A stretch of DNA of 64,000 nt from Zygnema circumcarinatum SAG 698-1b (Eukaryota; Plantae; Zygnematophyceae), in assembly GCA_037447605.1 (NCBI GenBank), contig CM074817.1:1798001-1862000 (forward strand), read 5' to 3'. A program made the position numbers and the translations under genes. Below are positions 58,044-64,000 of the stretch, piece by piece; positions within the stretch are counted from its first letter, which is position 1; every line of letters starts with the position of its first letter. Below the pieces are notes generated by a model. The model worked only from the letters and a program-made list of their open reading frames with translations. It was not told where the DNA came from and did not search any database.

Positions 58044-60906
58044 GCGAGAACTATGGCAGCAAGTCCATGGCTTCTTATATTCAGGCCTAGGGACTATTTT
58101 TTTTTGAAGAAGAAGGTTAGGAATTGAAGCCTCCATCATGCATATGTGCCAAAGCAATTTGAGATGTCCATGAATGCAATGTAGCATGTGGACTGTTTGC
58201 CGAGCACGTGGACGACCTGTGAGTGTGTGAATGTGAGTTCAAACTCAAACTATGGGTTTGCGAAAACATGATGCTCCTCTGAATTTTAGTGGTTTAGGCA
58301 GTCAAGTAAGGCACGGGGATGGGGATCAAGGAGCAGGGGACAAAAGGAAGGGTAAGGAAACTATGGTCCACAATAAAGGTAAGTCACACAATGAAGGATG
58401 CACTATACAATGTGGGTAGATATCACTTAAGCGTTTGGAGGAAATGAGGGCTACACCGGTTAGAGGAAATTGGAGACAGTCCAAGGTATTGATTGACTAA
58501 CAGACATGAGTCCCTGAACTCTTTGTACTGAAGGTAGTATTACATGTCACATGGAACCTTTTCAGAGCTTGCATTAATGCTTTGCTGGACAAGGTAGGGG
58601 ATATTTTGGTTTGTGGCCGAATGTTGCACCAGGAGAACGTACCAACCTTCTAGGAAGGTGAGGATCAGCGGATACTGTTGTGCCATGTGCATTTAGTTTA
58701 TCTAAAAAAAGGACGAGCACTTTTATGTCTGCTTAAGATTGGTGGGTGCCTGCACAAGGCTCGAAGTAGCCCATGCACGATAATACCGCGGCAAGTTTGG
58801 TACATATTGTGAGTTCATTCAGTGCATCATCCTATCTGAGGCAATGACGAACACGGCGCAACAACCTGTGGTGGTCATTGTCGCCCACTTTTAGAGCTCA
58901 AATACAAGGTGCTTCAGGCAAGCTTGAAAGCAAACGGTTAGAAACAATACTGAGGCAGGACAGTAATCGGAATGATGAACGTAGAACCACTCGAGTACCA
59001 AGTTAGTTGAATAACTTGGAGGCACTACTCAAGCATCGGTAGAGAGTCAAAGTGTGGCCTGTTGTGTGAACACTTGAAGGGTCAATGGTCCATTTGCTGT
59101 TATGGAAAATTTCAAAGCTGTCTATTTACACGGCCTGGACCAAACACTGGACTTATTACAAGCAGTTCTATGAAACCATTAGGCACATCAAGGCTCCCCA
59201 AATAATGTCATTGGCCAGCGAATACCTGTCCACAGACAGTTTCAGCAAAGTTATTGTAGGGTAAACTTTTATTCAGCTGGCTGGTCTTTAGTTTAATGAT
59301 TAAAAAATCACCCGTTGCACGTTTCCTAACACTACCTACACCTTGGCAAAACTACGCTTGGAACCCCTGATTCTGAGTAGCCTCCTGTTAGCCTGTGATA
59401 AAACTCCCCATTTCTGTCGCCCACATGTTGTAGCCCATCAAGATCGTACAGAAGCAATTTAACTGTCAAGAAGTGTATGTTTGAGTCTCCTTCGACATTG
59501 CTTTGTTCAACATTTCTCAAGTTTCGCCTGCTTGGTGTTCACGTCGGAGTCATGGTTAGAGTTGGAGTTTTTGGAATACTCGGACTATCGCCAGCGTGAC
59601 AGCTGGCAAGCCATGATTGGAGAAGTTTTGGCCATGGCATGGGTTGAATAGAGAGTATGGTCCCATGGCGGAAGATGAGAGCGAGGGCCTCATAGAAGAG
59701 CTGGCAATAAAAGGAGTAAAACATGCTCAAGCCATGGCTGTGGAGGGGATGGATAGCTCTCAGCTAATGTTGCTATTATTGCTTACTAAACAGCATCAGC
59801 ATCAGCATCAGCATCGGCATCAGCATTATGGCATGTAACTTCAGCGTTTTAATAGTTTATTTAAAGATTTGATTGATGCTGCATGAGCAGCAGCAGCAGG
59901 TCATTCTTGTTGTTCATGGCACATGGTGGAGGGCACTTTCCTGCGAGTGAATGGGAGGGAGGGAGGGAGGGAGGGATACTTGTTATCGAATTATTGACCT
60001 GCCTCCACCGCTTGTGTTTGGGCGTCCGTACGCCGCCCGCGTTTTCCGTACTGTACTTCCTTTTCGTCCGTACTCCCGGGCACTCGTACGGCAGTCCCCC
60101 AACACAAGAAGCAATACTAAGCTAACTCTTTGTGTCTGCGTGGCCTATCGCCGCGCGCCACGTGCTCAATCCCGACTCCTAAGGACCTCGGATATCGGCT
60201 AGAGACCTGCGACTTGTGTTTAAAACCAATAAATGGGTTAATTATTGGGTGTGAGTTTCTCAGTGCTGAATTTTGTGAGACGACTGTGTACAAAGTTTTC
60301 TGCGAGGCATTTCTATCGAGAAATCAAATCCTTAGAATACCAGTACAGTACAAGGTACATTGGTATGGCCGAGCCTTGCCGTGTAGTGCACTCCATGGTG
60401 GCCTTTGCTCCAAACATTTGCACTGTTCTACTCGAATCAATTCAATGTGGTGTTGGACTCTAAAGAAAAACTCTAAAATTCGCTTGTACAAATGACAAAT
60501 GTTCATACCTACGTTCCGGCCGACAGTACGTGACAAGCAACCCACGATCAATGTCCTTGAAGACAATGTTAGGTATTTGTTCTGTGAAGCGCTGGCATGG
60601 ATCTCACAACGGCGAACGTACATTGACAACACCAACATGGGAAACCACCAGGAATCATCCGGTCACAGAGGAGAGGACCTAAGCACTAAAAGTAGGCACA
60701 AGTAAAAAGCTACCGCATGAGCTGGAGGCTGCTGCACGTCGTTACGTTACGTTACGTTACGTTAGTTCCTAGACCACAATGAATGTGCGGTTGGTTGCAT
60801 GATGAATGCTCCTCTCTGCGCGCGGCCAGGTCACGTCACGTCACATCACGTCTGTCACGTCCGACAGCAGCCCCTCGGCTCCGACCCGTCCCTGCGCCAC
60901 CAGGCG

Positions 60907-61833
60907 CCACGTGGCACTAAAAGCGCAGGCAGGTCCACGTGGCGCCTCCAGCCGGCGAGCTGCGCCGGAGCGATCTCCAGGCTGGCAGGTAGCGGCCGCA
61001 GTTACATGCCGCTCTCTCCGTTGCGTACGGCGCCGTAACGGCCGCCGTTCCTGGACACTGCGCTCGCACGTGCGGCCAAGCGCATGTCGGCGGCTCCTCG
61101 ACGCTGCTGACGTGGCGCGCCCACCGCCGCCAGGCCATGCCGATTGACGAAAACGACAGAGGTGATAATGAATACGGACAAGCGCATTTAAGGAGCAGGC
61201 GGCAGATCTCGTGGGCCTGCGCCCGTTACGAACTGTACGGACGTCCCTGCGCGTGTGCGTTTGAATGCGGACAAAATCCTGAGATCGACTACGCCCGGGC
61301 GGGCGGTCGGTGGATTTTATGGTGGGCCCCACTGACGGTGTACGAACGATCGTTTCGTACGGATGTCGCCGTTGGCGGCAGCTTTCGATGGAGGGGCTCG
61401 GGATCGGACCCATCGGGCGCTGTGCGGCCGCCACGTGGCATCTGCCCGCCACAAATATTTCCCACGGCGACGTCAAACGTGGGCCCAGTGGCAGCCCGCC
61501 CGGCGGGGCCGTAAAAAAAAATTTGGAATCTTCGTGGGGATCGAAGATCCGCCGTCCATTTCACTCGCGGACGATTCTCTGCCGTTCGATCTTCCCTGCC
61601 GACAGATCCGTGGCGGGGCCCTGTCCTTGGGACACAGGTTCAACCGCATAGGCCGTACAAGTGTACGCATGTGTCGGTTGAACGACGTCAGCTGGAGTCA
61701 GAAAGGATACGTACGGCAGTACGGCCCTGTGGGCGTCCACTGAGGGACGGCCGACGGACGGGCGGGCGGACGGGAGGGCATCATCGGTTATGACGAGGGA
61801 TGGCTGCTGCAATGGGGGGGGGGGACACGTGGC
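60907..61833. promoter_or_regulatory. G-box/ABRE cluster upstream of the USP-domain gene
   Basis: CCACGTGG at 60907, 60935 and 61431; ACGTGGC at 61110; CACGTGGC at 61826. Confidence 0.45.
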
Positions 61834-61975
61834 GGCCACAGCTGTCGCGGGGGCTGCTGACGGGCGGGCGGTAGGGAGGGGGGGAGGGAGGGAGAGGGAG
61901 GGTGAGAGGGTGAGAGGGAGAGAGGGAGGGAGGGAGGGAGGGAGGGAGGGAGGGAGAAAGGGAGGGGGCTTGATT

Positions 61976-64000
<2,025 letters not shown>

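Noticed and set aside
59332-59838. Short ORFs on both strands and a (CAGCAT)n His/Gln repeat
   Set aside because: No recognisable motif and no consistent exon structure could be built, so a gene cannot be supported.

Overview
Eukaryotic, intron-rich, plant-lineage DNA. A streptophyte alga or early-diverging plant is inferred from the plant-specific ribosomal protein P3, an MRL1-like PPR and an algal-type GlmS-like protein. Host genes from left to right: (1) 5' part of a class-II glutamine amidotransferase (GlmS-like) gene whose Cys-Gly-Asn-Phe-Gly motif lies behind a hydrophobic HExxH domain; (2) acetyl-CoA transporter AT-1; (3) two apparently intact tandem oligopeptidase B (S9A) paralogs from a ~6 kb segmental duplication, plus an inverted third fragment, a truncated AT-1 copy and two damaged copies of an unrecognised convergent gene; (4) a short MRL1-like PPR gene; (5) a TBC-domain Rab-GAP; (6) 60S acidic ribosomal protein P3; (7) a USP/STK_N-domain gene that runs off the right end. 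Positions ~20.7-49.7 kb are a transposon nest. It contains a MULE-like element enclosing two nested Ty3/Gypsy elements, TA-flanked MITEs, and a CRE-like RT/RLE non-LTR element interrupted by a complete non-autonomous LTR element. An 8.4 kb repeat split at a 99-N gap is probably an assembly overlap. The most unusual signals are a conserved ~170-aa extra domain between Gag and protease in both Ty3 families (possibly a degenerate N6-adenine methyltransferase fold) and the HExxH-Ntn amidotransferase fusion. All exon models and alignments were made by eye; no database search was run.
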